Shown: positions 1 through 8,994 of the stretch, piece by piece
How the letters are laid out: the number at the start of each line of letters is the position of its first letter
How positions within the stretch are numbered: position 1 is the stretch's first letter
Assembly: GCA_019244185.1 (NCBI GenBank)
Contig: JAFATB010000023.1
Span: forward strand, 1 to 64,000
Direction: 5' to 3'
Source: Acidobacteriota bacterium
GTDB taxonomy: Bacteria > Acidobacteriota > Thermoanaerobaculia > Gp7-AA8
DNA: 64,000 nucleotides
The notes under the pieces: generated by a model
Seen by the model: only the letters and a program-made list of their open reading frames with translations
Databases searched by the model: none
Told to the model about the DNA's origin: nothing
Made by a program: the position numbers and the translations under genes

Positions 1-1
1 G

Positions 2-64
2 TTCGCCTACGGCTCGATGATCGACAACGCGAGCGGCGATCCGGTCTTCTTCGCTGGACAATGA
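2..64 (+). CDS. 3' end of an upstream gene (partial), ending FAYGSMIDNASGDPVFFAGQ*
   Basis: Open frame from position 2 to TGA at 62-64 with genome-typical codon usage; start lies outside the window. Confidence 0.7.
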   Translation, partial: FAYGSMIDNASGDPVFFAGQ

Positions 65-69
65 GAAAC

Positions 70-127
70 GGTTGCCGGGTAGCCGGGTTGCCAGACGGTA
101 ACTCGGCAACCTGGTCACCCGGTCACC
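70..127. repeat. Octamer-based imperfect palindrome (REP-like)
   Basis: GGTTGCCG GGTAGCCG GGTTGCCA followed by reverse-complement-like units CGGTAACT CGGCAACC TGGTCACC CGGTCACC, between convergent genes. Confidence 0.65.
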
Positions 128-863
128 CGATACTGTCCAGAATCTCCTCCATCGTCGTACGCCGGCACGTATACATCGGCGTATCGCGCAGCGTGTACTT
201 CGACGACTCGGTCTCGCGCAGATCCTGCACGAGATCGAGGAACTCCGACGGCTGCTCCGCCTCGAACGCGACGACGAAATCCTGATCGTCGAGTCCGAAC
301 GAATACGTCGTATTGATCTTCACGCGCGGGTACTTGTGCCCGATCGCGATGTGCTCGTTCATGATCCGCTGGCGGTCCGCCATCGGCAGCAGATACCAGT
401 CGCGCGTCTTCACGAACGGATAGACGAAGAGGAACGGCTTCTTGCCGGGGACGATGCGCAGGCGCCGTCCTTCCTGACCTTCGTGCACGTGCTCGTCGAC
501 GTATTGCGAGTGCTTGGTCATGGCGAGATACGACTGCGGCACGTCGAGGTAGCGGCCGAGCACGGAGCGGTTGATGTCCGCCACCATCTGCTGGAACGGA
601 TCGAGGTCGTAGCCGATGCGCCAGAGCATGAAGTCGACGCCGGCCTTGAGTCCCACCGTCGTGTACGGCAGCACGAACATCGGTCCCTGATAGCGCGTGA
701 CGATCTCCGCGAGCTCGCGTTTCGCGTCCGCTTTCGCGTTCGCATCGAGCGCCCGGAAAGCGCGGTCGACGCGGAAGAACATGAAGTTGACGAACTGGCG
801 TTGCACGGGCGCGGGACGCGTTGCAGCGGCTTGCGATTCGGGAGCGACAGTGGTGGTGGTCAT
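123..863 (-). CDS. hemQ: Chlorite dismutase-family protein, likely coproheme decarboxylase (ChdC/HemQ)
   Basis: YPFVK..DWY, RIMNEHIAIG and TTYSFGLDDQDFVVAFE motifs; the distal Arg of true chlorite dismutases is absent (KINTTYS). Confidence 0.75.
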   Translation of the reverse strand: MTTTTVAPESQAAATRPAPVQRQFVNFMFFRVDRAFRALDANAKADAKRELAEIVTRYQGPMFVLPYTTVGLKAGVDFMLWRIGYDLDPFQQMVADINRSVLGRYLDVPQSYLAMTKHSQYVDEHVHEGQEGRRLRIVPGKKPFLFVYPFVKTRDWYLLPMADRQRIMNEHIAIGHKYPRVKINTTYSFGLDDQDFVVAFEAEQPSEFLDLVQDLRETESSKYTLRDTPMYTCRRTTMEEILDSIG

Positions 864-882
864 GTGCGGATTCTAAGTTAGG

Positions 883-2277
883 ATGCGGATCGTGGCGACT
901 CGCGTTCCGCAGCAGCACGCCGCGCCTTCCACGGCGCGTTCGTACCAGCAACTTCTGACGAAGCTGCTGCGCCACGGCGCCTATCCGCAGCTGCGCAAAA
1001 TCATCGAGAAAACGCTGCCCGCCGACCTCTCGCCGGTGCTGCCGCTGCTGCTCGAGGAAGACCGCAAGCGCATCCTCTCGCTGCTCATCGAAGCGGGCAA
1101 AGCGGCGCGCGCGCTCTTCGAGCTCGACGAAGCGGACCTGCAGGAAATCCTCGCCTCGCTCGACGATCCGACGCTCGCGTCGGTCTGCAGTTCGTCCGCG
1201 CCCGACGACGCGGCCGACCTTCTCGATGTGCTCGACGAGGAGCGCCGCGCGCGCATCCTCGAGCTCCTCGGCGCCACGCAAGGCGCGAAGCTCGAGTCGC
1301 TGCTCGAAGGCGAAGAGGAAACGGCCGGCTCGCTGATGAACACCGAGTTCTTCGCGCTCGACGAAGAGCTCAGCGTCGCGCACGCGATCGACATGATCCG
1401 GCAGTACCCGCGCAAGGAGTCGTTCTTCTACGTCTACTGCGTCGACGCCGACCAGCATCTCGTCGGCGTGCTGTCGCTGCGCAGTCTCATCCTCGCGAAT
1501 CCCGGCGTGCTGCTCAAAGACATCATGGTCCAGAGCGTGGTGCGCACGCAGATCGACTCGAGTCCCGAGGAAGTCGCGCAGCTCGTGTCGAAATACGACC
1601 TCCTGTCGGTGCCGGTCGTCGATCTGCAGAACCGTCTCGTCGGCGTCGTCACCGTCGACGACGTGCTCGACGTCATCCAGGAGCAGGCGGAAGAAGATCT
1701 CCTCCACCTCGCCGGCGTCTCGGTGTCGGAAGGCGTGGCCACGCCCGCGAGCGAGTCGTTCAAGCTGCGCTTCCCGTGGCTCGCGATCAATCTCGCCACG
1801 GCGTTCCTCGCATCGTCGGTCGTGCGCCTCTTTCAAGGCACGATCGAGAAGTGGGCGGCGCTCGCGGTGTTCATGCCGATCGTCGCGGGGATGGGCGGCA
1901 ACGCGGGCACGCAGACGCTCACGGTGTTCGTGCGCGGCCTCGCGCTCGGCGAGATCGACTGGAACTCCGGATTTCGGCCGATCTGGAAAGAAATGCTGGT
2001 GGGCTTCCTCGATGGCGCGGCGAACGGCTTGCTCACGTGCGTCATCGTCGGCTTCTGGACGGGCGACTGGACGCTGGCGATCATCCTGCTCGTGGCGATG
2101 TGCTTCAACCTCGTCATCGCCGGCGTGGCTGGCGGACTGGTCCCGCTCGTGCTCGATCGGTTCGGCTTCGATCCGGCCATCGCCTCGTCGATCTTCGTGA
2201 CGACTTTTACCGACGTCGGCGGCTTCTTTTCCTTCCTCGGCCTGGCCACGATCGCCATGCGCTATTTCGCACATTGA
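883..2277 (+). CDS. mgtE: Magnesium transporter MgtE
   Basis: N domain, CBS pair (ETAGSLMNTE, GVVTVDDVLD), TM motifs GMGGNAGTQT, DPAIASS and TTFTDV. Confidence 0.95.
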   Translation: MRIVATRVPQQHAAPSTARSYQQLLTKLLRHGAYPQLRKIIEKTLPADLSPVLPLLLEEDRKRILSLLIEAGKAARALFELDEADLQEILASLDDPTLASVCSSSAPDDAADLLDVLDEERRARILELLGATQGAKLESLLEGEEETAGSLMNTEFFALDEELSVAHAIDMIRQYPRKESFFYVYCVDADQHLVGVLSLRSLILANPGVLLKDIMVQSVVRTQIDSSPEEVAQLVSKYDLLSVPVVDLQNRLVGVVTVDDVLDVIQEQAEEDLLHLAGVSVSEGVATPASESFKLRFPWLAINLATAFLASSVVRLFQGTIEKWAALAVFMPIVAGMGGNAGTQTLTVFVRGLALGEIDWNSGFRPIWKEMLVGFLDGAANGLLTCVIVGFWTGDWTLAIILLVAMCFNLVIAGVAGGLVPLVLDRFGFDPAIASSIFVTTFTDVGGFFSFLGLATIAMRYFAH

Positions 2278-2524
2278 GGCGGCCGCGGGTGTGACGAACC
2301 CGCCAACAGGACGTCAACGGCCGGTAATGCGCGCCGATTTTGGTGGGATCGCCTGTGCACTGTTCGAGAGATGACAGAGCGGCTCTTGTCAAGAGACGAT
2401 TTCACATTGGTACGGATGAGGCCATTTTCGACTCAAGCCTTGTGTTTGCAGCGAGTTGGCTCAGTTGCTCAACACATTGTGCAAAGCGCTCAAACCCGCG
2501 ATTTTTTGCGGCTCCGGCGCGTTT

Positions 2525-3127
2525 TCAAGGCGTTTTCCGCAGCGTTTTCCACACTTTCTGTGTAAACGAAGCTGCACTCTCGCGGATGAATCGCGGCTCA
2601 CTGCCGGTAAGGTCCAGAATCGCCGAAGGTTCGCCCGTTCGGACGCCTCCGTCGACGATTCCGCCGACCGCATCATGCAAGTCGGATGCGAGCGCGTTCG
2701 GGCTCGTGACGGGCGGTTCGCCGCTGCGATTCGCGCTCGTCGAGACGAGCGGACCGGTGCGCTCGACGAGCGCGCGCAGCCAGTCGAGCGCCGGGATGCG
2801 CACCGCGAGCGTGTTCCCGCCACGCGGAAGGATGGCGGTGAGGGGGGCGGGCCAGATGGAAGCGAGGCGTTGCAGCAGGTCCGGATCGGCGGAGATGCCG
2901 AGGGCCGGAAATTGATCGATGGAGGAGGCGAGGACGATGAACGGCTTCCGCTCGTCGCGCCCTTTCATCTCCGCGATGCGCGCGACCGCCTCCGCGTTCG
3001 CGAAGGCGGCGTGGAGACCGTAGATCGTGTCGGTCGGCATGAGCACGATCGCGCCGCGGGTGAGCGTCTGCGCGATCTCGTGTAACTGCACGGACGTGGG
3101 CGCGTCGTCGATGGTCCAACGCTTCAT
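2525..3127 (-). CDS. tsaC: L-threonylcarbamoyladenylate synthase (TsaC/YrdC/Sua5)
   Basis: PTDTIYGL, KGR...KP, WPAPLT and STSANRSG motifs; ATG at 3127. Confidence 0.9.
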   Translation of the reverse strand: MKRWTIDDAPTSVQLHEIAQTLTRGAIVLMPTDTIYGLHAAFANAEAVARIAEMKGRDERKPFIVLASSIDQFPALGISADPDLLQRLASIWPAPLTAILPRGGNTLAVRIPALDWLRALVERTGPLVSTSANRSGEPPVTSPNALASDLHDAVGGIVDGGVRTGEPSAILDLTGSEPRFIRESAASFTQKVWKTLRKTP

Positions 3128-3367
3128 GCGCGCACCTTTGTCGCGTGCGAACCGGCACGCAGGAGCTCGCGCGCGGACGCGGCGGCGGACGCGGAGACGG
3201 ACTCGCCGCCGAGCATGGGCGCGATCTCGCGCAACTGCACGGACGTGGGCGCGTCGTCGATGGTCCAGCGCTTCACGCGCGCACCTTCGTCGCGTGGGAG
3301 CCGGCGCGCAGGAGCTCGCGGGCGTGCGCAATCGCGGACGCCGAGACGGATTCGCCGCCGAGCATGC
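3070..3367. repeat. Diverged 149-bp tandem duplication of the recN 3'/tsaC 5' junction
   Basis: Units 3070-3218 and 3219-3367; GCGCGA(T/G)CTCG recurs at 3070, 3219 and 3368. Confidence 0.9.
3124..3276 (-). CDS. 50-aa chimeric mini-ORF (TsaC N-terminus fused to RecN C-terminus) created by the duplication
   Basis: GTG at 3276 overlaps the recN TGA and its own TGA overlaps the tsaC ATG; reads VKRWTIDDAPTSVQLREIAPMLGGESVSAS...TKVRA*. Confidence 0.5.
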   Translation of the reverse strand: MKRWTIDDAPTSVQLREIAPMLGGESVSASAAASARELLRAGSHATKVRA

Positions 3368-4973
3368 GCGCGAGCTCGCGGACGCGGCGCTCGCCGTCGT
3401 CGAGGCGTTCGATGCGCGCGCGCGTGTGGCCGCCCGCATCTTCTTTCCAGACGTAAAAGTGTGTCGCACCGAAGCTGGCGATCTGCGGCAGGTGCGTGAC
3501 GCACACGACCTGATTGCGCGCGGAGAGCTCCTGCAGTTTGCGTCCGACGACTTCCGCGACGCGGCCGCCGATGCCGGCGTCGATCTCGTCGAAGACGAGC
3601 GTCGCCGCGGCCGCGCGCGTCGACGCCTTGAAGAGCGCCGCGGCGATGGCGAGCTGGATGCGCGAGAGCTCGCCGCCCGAGGCGATGCGCTGCATCGGCT
3701 TCGGCTCCTCGCCGCGATTCGGCGCGATGAGGATGTCGATGCGGTCGATGCCGTCCGGCGACGCGTCGCGCGGCGAAAGCTCGACGCGCACCGTCGTGCG
3801 CTCCATCGCGAGATCGTCGAGCTCTTTCTGGATGGCCTGTTCGAACGCGCGCGCGGTTTTCTTCCGCGACGCCGACAGTTTCTCCGCCGCCTTGCGGAAT
3901 GTCGTCTGCCGCGCGGCCTCGGCCTGCTGCAGTTTCTCGACGCTCGCCTCGTAATCGGCGAGGCGTTCGTATTCGTCCTGAATGCGGCCGAGGTGCTCGA
4001 GCGCGGCTTCGACCGAGCCGCCGTACTTTTTGCGCAGGCGCTCGATCGTGACGAGCCGATCTTCGATCTGCTCGAGCCGCTCCGGATCGAGGCGCGTGCT
4101 CTCGGAGAGATTGGCGAGTGTGCGGCTGAGGTCCTGCAGGCGATAGAGCGCGTCCTGCATGTCGCCGGCGAGCTGGCGCACTTCGTCGATCTGCTTGGCC
4201 AGCGGCTGCAGCAGATGCAGCGCGCGCCCGAGCTGCGCGATCGCGGAGCTCTCGTCTTCGTCGACGAGCTGAAACGCGCCGGAGGTCGTCTCGATGAGCT
4301 CGCGCGCGTGGCTGAGGATCGCGCGCTCGCCGCGCAGCGTCTCCTCTTCCGCCGGATCGAGCTTCGCCGCCGAGATCTCGTCGAGCTGATACTTCAGCAG
4401 ATCGAGGCGCAGCGCGCGGTCGCGTTGCGCGTTCGTGATCTCCTCGAGTTGATCGGCGGCGAGGCGCCATTCGCGATACGCGGCGCGTGTCGCATCGACA
4501 AGCGCGTCGTGGCCGCCGTACTCGTCGACGAGCTCGCGGTACGTCTGTCCCGCGACGCGTTGCTGCGACTCGTGCTGCCCGTGAATCTCCAGCACCGCGT
4601 CCATCGCCGCCGCGAGCTCGCGCACCGCGATCGGCGAGCCGTTGACGAGCACGCGTCCGCGGCCGCTCGCCGCGATCTCGCGCCGCACGATGAGCTCGAT
4701 CGCGTCGTCGTGCACCTCGGTGTCGATGCCGAGCTCTTCGAGTGCCGGCGCGAGTGCCGCCGGCAACTGCACCACCGCCTCGGCGGTCATCTTGTCGCTG
4801 CCGGCGCGGATCATCTCCGTCGAGCCGCGCGCGCCGCGCAGGAACTCGAGCGAGTCGATGAGCAGCGACTTCCCCGCGCCGGTCTCGCCGGTGAGCACGT
4901 TGAGCCCCGGCCCCGGCTCGATGGCGAGCTCTTCGACGATGGCGAGGTTCCGCACCTTGAGGTAGGTGATCAC
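3273..4973 (-). CDS. recN: DNA repair protein RecN
   Basis: LTGETGAGKS Walker A, IHGQHE, ASGGELSR, FDEIDAGIGG, VTHLPQIA; GTG start at 4973 (ORF-track N-terminus is overextended). Confidence 0.95.
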   Translation of the reverse strand: MITYLKVRNLAIVEELAIEPGPGLNVLTGETGAGKSLLIDSLEFLRGARGSTEMIRAGSDKMTAEAVVQLPAALAPALEELGIDTEVHDDAIELIVRREIAASGRGRVLVNGSPIAVRELAAAMDAVLEIHGQHESQQRVAGQTYRELVDEYGGHDALVDATRAAYREWRLAADQLEEITNAQRDRALRLDLLKYQLDEISAAKLDPAEEETLRGERAILSHARELIETTSGAFQLVDEDESSAIAQLGRALHLLQPLAKQIDEVRQLAGDMQDALYRLQDLSRTLANLSESTRLDPERLEQIEDRLVTIERLRKKYGGSVEAALEHLGRIQDEYERLADYEASVEKLQQAEAARQTTFRKAAEKLSASRKKTARAFEQAIQKELDDLAMERTTVRVELSPRDASPDGIDRIDILIAPNRGEEPKPMQRIASGGELSRIQLAIAAALFKASTRAAAATLVFDEIDAGIGGRVAEVVGRKLQELSARNQVVCVTHLPQIASFGATHFYVWKEDAGGHTRARIERLDDGERRVRELARMLGGESVSASAIAHARELLRAGSHATKVRA

Positions 4974-4989
4974 CGCCGCGAAGTGTAAC

Positions 4990-5004
4990 CGGCAGAGGCT
5001 TTGC
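4990..5004 (+). promoter_or_regulatory. Candidate sigma54 -24/-12 promoter
   Basis: CGGCAGAGGCTTTGC (GG-N10-GC) just upstream of ATG 5019. Confidence 0.45.
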
Positions 5005-5018
5005 TTTGAATCGGGCTC

Positions 5019-6287
5019 ATGAAGATGCGAAACGTCGTGATCGCGCTGCTGATGGCGGCGAGCGTCGCCTGCTCGAAAGAAGAGGCGAAACAGAAAGCAC
5101 AGAACGTCACCGCGAAGGTGAAGAAGTCGGTCGACAACGCGCTCGACGTGGCCGTGCCGATCGGCAACCGTGAAGATCCCGCCGCGCGCGAGAAAGAGCG
5201 TTTCGACGAGAGCTGGCGCGGCGTGTTCCAGAACGTGAAGATGTCGGGGCAGCCGCAGGGTCCGGCCGCGCCGAAGGTGAATCTCACGTTCGCGCCGAAC
5301 GGCAAGGAGTCGTTCAAAGGACTCGATGCGAACGCGATCAACACGGCGCCGATCGTCGTGCCGCTGAAGGGCGACGTCGCGGGGCCGTCGGTCTTGAAAA
5401 CGCAGGTCTATCTCGACCGCGTGCATTACTCGGTCGGCGCGCTCGACGGGCGCTGGGGCCGCAACTCCGCGATCTCGCTCTGGTGGTATCAGCGCGCGCA
5501 CGGCATCAACACGGCGGAGCCGGGAGCGGTCGACGAGCAGACGTTCCGCGCGCTCGCGGCGCAGGCGGGTGGCGTGCCGGCGCTCGTGCAGCACACGCTG
5601 ACCGAGGAGGACGTTGCGGGGCCGTTCGTGCAGCTGCCCGATGACGTGTACGAGAAAGAGAAGCTCGAGTGCCTCTGCTACGAGACGAAGCAGGAGAAGC
5701 TCGCGGAGCTCTTCCACACGACACAGGACTTTCTCAAGCAGCTCAATCCCGACGCGGACTTTCCGTCGCTGACGGCGGGACAGACGCTGTGGGTGCCGAA
5801 CGTGCGCGAGCCGCTGAGCGCCGATCAGCCGGACATCGCGCGCATCGTGGTGTCGATCCGCGGCAACACGCTCAACGCGTTCGACGCGAACGGCGCGCTG
5901 CTCTTCCACGCGCCGACGACGCTCGGCTCGAAGTACGATCCGTCGCCGAACGAGACGACCAAGGTCGTGAAAGTCGTCTTCGATCCGCACTTCCACTATC
6001 AGCCGACGCTCTTCCACGAGGTGCCGGATTCGGATCCCGAGGCGGAGCTCAATCCGGGACCGAACTCGCCGGTGGGTGTGGTGTGGGTGGCGCTCAGCAA
6101 GCCGCATTTCGGCATTCACGGCACGTCCGATCCGGAGTCGATCGGGTACGCGTCGTCGCACGGCTGCGTGCGTCTCGCGAACTGGGACGCGCGAGAGGTC
6201 GGGCATCGCGTGACGCCCGGAGTGGAGGTGGCGTTCGTCGATACGCGGGACGCGGAACCGAGCAGCGAAACTGCTGAAAAGCAATGA
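5019..6287 (+). CDS. L,D-transpeptidase family lipoprotein with peptidoglycan-binding domain
   Basis: Lipobox SVAC; GALDGRWG PG-binding motif; PGPNSPVG, FGIHGT and SHGCVRL YkuD catalytic motifs. Confidence 0.9.
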   Translation: MKMRNVVIALLMAASVACSKEEAKQKAQNVTAKVKKSVDNALDVAVPIGNREDPAAREKERFDESWRGVFQNVKMSGQPQGPAAPKVNLTFAPNGKESFKGLDANAINTAPIVVPLKGDVAGPSVLKTQVYLDRVHYSVGALDGRWGRNSAISLWWYQRAHGINTAEPGAVDEQTFRALAAQAGGVPALVQHTLTEEDVAGPFVQLPDDVYEKEKLECLCYETKQEKLAELFHTTQDFLKQLNPDADFPSLTAGQTLWVPNVREPLSADQPDIARIVVSIRGNTLNAFDANGALLFHAPTTLGSKYDPSPNETTKVVKVVFDPHFHYQPTLFHEVPDSDPEAELNPGPNSPVGVVWVALSKPHFGIHGTSDPESIGYASSHGCVRLANWDAREVGHRVTPGVEVAFVDTRDAEPSSETAEKQ

Positions 6288-6349
6288 GTTAGCGCACTAA
6301 AAACGCGGCATTGATCTCGCAATTTAGGAACGTTCAGGAGGTGTACTGA

Positions 6350-6595
6350 ATGTTCAGCAAGCGAATCCAGGCCGCGGTCCTCAGCGTCTCGTTGATGTTG
6401 CCGGCGAGCGGCGCGATGGCAGCGACGCATCACAAGCATCACCGTCATCATCGCCATCACTACAGCCGCACGCGCGGCACCGCGGTCGGCGCGGTTGCGG
6501 GCGCGATCATCGATCACCATCAGCCGCTCAAGGGCGCGCTGGTCGGCGCCGCGGTCGGCAATGCCGTGCAGGCCGTGCGCAACCACAAGCAGTAA
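6350..6595 (+). CDS. Small exported His-rich glycine-zipper protein
   Basis: RBS AGGAGG, signal peptide (AMA/A), HHKHHRHHRHHY, GTAVGAVAGA and GALVGAAVG. Confidence 0.8.
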   Translation: MFSKRIQAAVLSVSLMLPASGAMAATHHKHHRHHRHHYSRTRGTAVGAVAGAIIDHHQPLKGALVGAAVGNAVQAVRNHKQ

Positions 6596-7882
6596 TCAGG
6601 CGAGCGCGTCGCGCAGCATCGCGGTCGTGATTCCGGGATCCTTGAGGTTGCCGAGCATCGTCAGGGAAACGGAGTCGGGATCGACGATGGTCTGCGCGAT
6701 CGCGTGAATGTCTTCGAGCGTGACGGCATCGATCGCGGCGATGATCTCGTCGGGCGAGAACTGGCGACCGAAGTAATACTCCTGCCGCGCGATGCCGCTC
6801 ATGCGGCTCACCGTCGATTCGAGCGAGAGCAGGATCGAGCCTTTCAGATGCAGCTTCGCCGCGGAGAGCTCGCCCGCGGTCACGCCCTGCGCCTTCACGG
6901 CGCGCATCTCCGCGAGCGTGATGTCGAGCACGCGGCGGAGGTTCTTCGGCGCGCACGCGGCGTAGACGGCCTCGTAGCCGCCGTGCAGGTAGCCGTTGTG
7001 ATACGAGGCGATGCTGTAGACGAGACCTTCCTGCTCGCGCACGCGCTGGAAGAGACGCGACGACATGCCGCCGCCTAGAATAGTGTTGAAGAGCGCCGCG
7101 CCGAAGCGCTCCGGACCCTGCTGCGGATAACCGCGCGTGCCGAGGCAGAGATGCGCCTGTTCGAGCTCGCGCTTCTCACGAACGATGACGTGCTGGCGCG
7201 GTGACGGCGCGTCCCATTCGCGGCGGAACGGCGCGCGCGCGTCGGGCGGGAACTGCGCCTCGAGAAACGGGACGAGCTGCTCGGGTCGCACGTTGCCTGA
7301 CGCGGCGAAGATGACGTTCGACGGCTGAAACGTTTCCTGGTAGTGCTCCACGATCTTCGCGCGCTGCAGCCGCTCGATGGTCTCCTCGGTGCCGAGGATC
7401 GGGCGGCCGAGCGGATGGTCCGGCCAGAACGCGGTGACGAAGATTTCGTGCACGAGATCGTCCGGCGTGTCCTCGACCATCTTGATCTCTTCGAGGATGA
7501 CGCCGCGCTCCATCTCCACGTCTTCATCGCTGAAGCGTGGCGCGGTCACGATCTCGGTGAGCAGCTCGAGCGCGGTCGGCACCTGTTCATCGAGTACGTG
7601 CGCGTAGAACGACGTGTACTCCTTGCCGGTGAAGGCGTCGACGTCGCCGCCGAGGATGTCGATGATCTGCGCGATCTCGGCCGTGTTGCGCTTGTCGGTG
7701 CCTTTGAAGACGAGATGCTCGAGGAAGTGCGACGCGCCGCCGTGCTCTTCCGACTCGACGGCGGAGCCACTGCGGAGGTAGTAGCCCATGGCAACGGAGC
7801 GGACGTACGGCAGCGTCTCGACGAGCACCGTGAGACCCGAAGGAAGCGTGGTGCGGAAGATCGGATTCGCGGTGCGCGACAT
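6596..7882 (-). CDS. M16 (pitrilysin-family) zinc metallopeptidase
   Basis: HFLEH inverted zinc motif, ERGVILEE, GGGMSSRLFQRVRE..GLVY. Confidence 0.93.
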   Translation of the reverse strand: MSRTANPIFRTTLPSGLTVLVETLPYVRSVAMGYYLRSGSAVESEEHGGASHFLEHLVFKGTDKRNTAEIAQIIDILGGDVDAFTGKEYTSFYAHVLDEQVPTALELLTEIVTAPRFSDEDVEMERGVILEEIKMVEDTPDDLVHEIFVTAFWPDHPLGRPILGTEETIERLQRAKIVEHYQETFQPSNVIFAASGNVRPEQLVPFLEAQFPPDARAPFRREWDAPSPRQHVIVREKRELEQAHLCLGTRGYPQQGPERFGAALFNTILGGGMSSRLFQRVREQEGLVYSIASYHNGYLHGGYEAVYAACAPKNLRRVLDITLAEMRAVKAQGVTAGELSAAKLHLKGSILLSLESTVSRMSGIARQEYYFGRQFSPDEIIAAIDAVTLEDIHAIAQTIVDPDSVSLTMLGNLKDPGITTAMLRDALA

Positions 7883-7913
7883 GCGGCGGCGATTGTAGCC
7901 TCACCGCGAGGCG

Positions 7914-8570
7914 TTACTTCTGCGAGAGCGCCTGTTGCCGCTGCTGAATCTCCGTCCGCAGATCCTGCACCGTGTACACCCACTGGTCGTAGTCTTCGAT
8001 CCCGTTGAAAGAGACGTAGCTCTTGCCGCTGGCGTTCGGACGCACGGCCACGAACGGTCCGGTGTAGTCCTTCGGCGAGGCCTCGGGGATGAGGCGCGTG
8101 CCGGTGGAGCCGAGCGCCGGCGGCGCGGTGGCCTGCGGATTCGTCGCGGGGTTCGACGGATTGCTCGCGGGATTCGACCCCGTCGTCGGTGGTGGCGGCG
8201 GAAGCGGTTGCCCCGGCTGTCCCTGCTGCACGGCCGTCGGCGGCACGAGGATCCAGTCATCGACCTTGCCGGTGAGCGGGCACGGCCACTTGCCGCCTCC
8301 GCGAATGACGCGCGGCTGTCGCGCGTCCTGGAGTTGCTGGAGGCTCGTCGGCGACGCGCTGTGGCGCACCTCGAAGGTCATGATCGAGCGCGCAAACTGC
8401 TTCATGAGAAAGATCGTCTGGCGGTCGCGCTCGCGCTTGAGCACGATCGACCATTGCTCGGGCACGGTGAAGGCGATGATGATCGAGATGATCGTCAGGA
8501 TGACGATCAGTGCCGCGAGCGTGAAGCCTTCTTGCGCGCGCCGCGCGTCAGAGATCTTTGTAGGGGACAT
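7914..8570 (-). CDS. Type II secretion/T4P pseudopilin, K-like (no Glu5)
   Basis: Class III signal QEG|FTLAALIVIL; Pro-rich insert. Confidence 0.85.
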   Translation of the reverse strand: MSPTKISDARRAQEGFTLAALIVILTIISIIIAFTVPEQWSIVLKRERDRQTIFLMKQFARSIMTFEVRHSASPTSLQQLQDARQPRVIRGGGKWPCPLTGKVDDWILVPPTAVQQGQPGQPLPPPPPTTGSNPASNPSNPATNPQATAPPALGSTGTRLIPEASPKDYTGPFVAVRPNASGKSYVSFNGIEDYDQWVYTVQDLRTEIQQRQQALSQK

Positions 8571-8994
8571 CGTCGAGCGTCTTCCCCTCCGCCTTGCTCT
8601 TCACGTCGATGAGGCCGGGCTGGAGCAGGTTGTTCGGATCGGGATCAGACGACATGCCGTTCTCGAGGCTCATCGGATCTTCCATGACCGGATCCCAGTC
8701 GGGCTGCTTGGTGATGGGATCGGTCGGAATCTTGCGGAGGTAGTTCGGCACGAGCTCGTTGAGATCGGACGGATAGTGCTGCTTGTCGGCGTAGAAGTTG
8801 TCGATGGCCTTGCGCATCTCGAACAGGTTGTCCTTGAGCGCGGCCTCGCGCGCCTTGCGCGCGGCGAACTTCACGTTGACGATCGCCACGGCGGCGAGGA
8901 TGCCGATGATCGTGACGACGACGATCAGCTCGATCAGGGAAAAGCCGGATTGGCCCGGTCGCCGGCGCAGCTTGCTCATACGCGTGATCACCAT
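8548..8994 (-). CDS. GspG-like pseudopilin
   Basis: QSG|FSLIELIVVVTIIGIL; REAALKDNL..MRKAIDNFYAD..YP..L.ELV; IPTDPIT. Confidence 0.9.
   Translation of the reverse strand: MVITRMSKLRRRPGQSGFSLIELIVVVTIIGILAAVAIVNVKFAARKAREAALKDNLFEMRKAIDNFYADKQHYPSDLNELVPNYLRKIPTDPITKQPDWDPVMEDPMSLENGMSSDPDPNNLLQPGLIDVKSKAEGKTLDDVPYKDL

Noticed and set aside
123-863. True chlorite dismutase
   Set aside because: Lacks the distal catalytic Arg and a signal peptide; fits ChdC/HemQ better
115-2274. 719-aa minus-strand ORF and other long shadow ORFs (e.g. 3027-4988, 10424-12379, 54576-57509)
   Set aside because: Antisense or off-frame to well-supported genes, with no recognisable motifs
4974-6284. Apparent 1003-aa N-terminally extended RecN
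   Set aside because: The extension is antisense to the L,D-transpeptidase; RecN homology begins at GTG 4973
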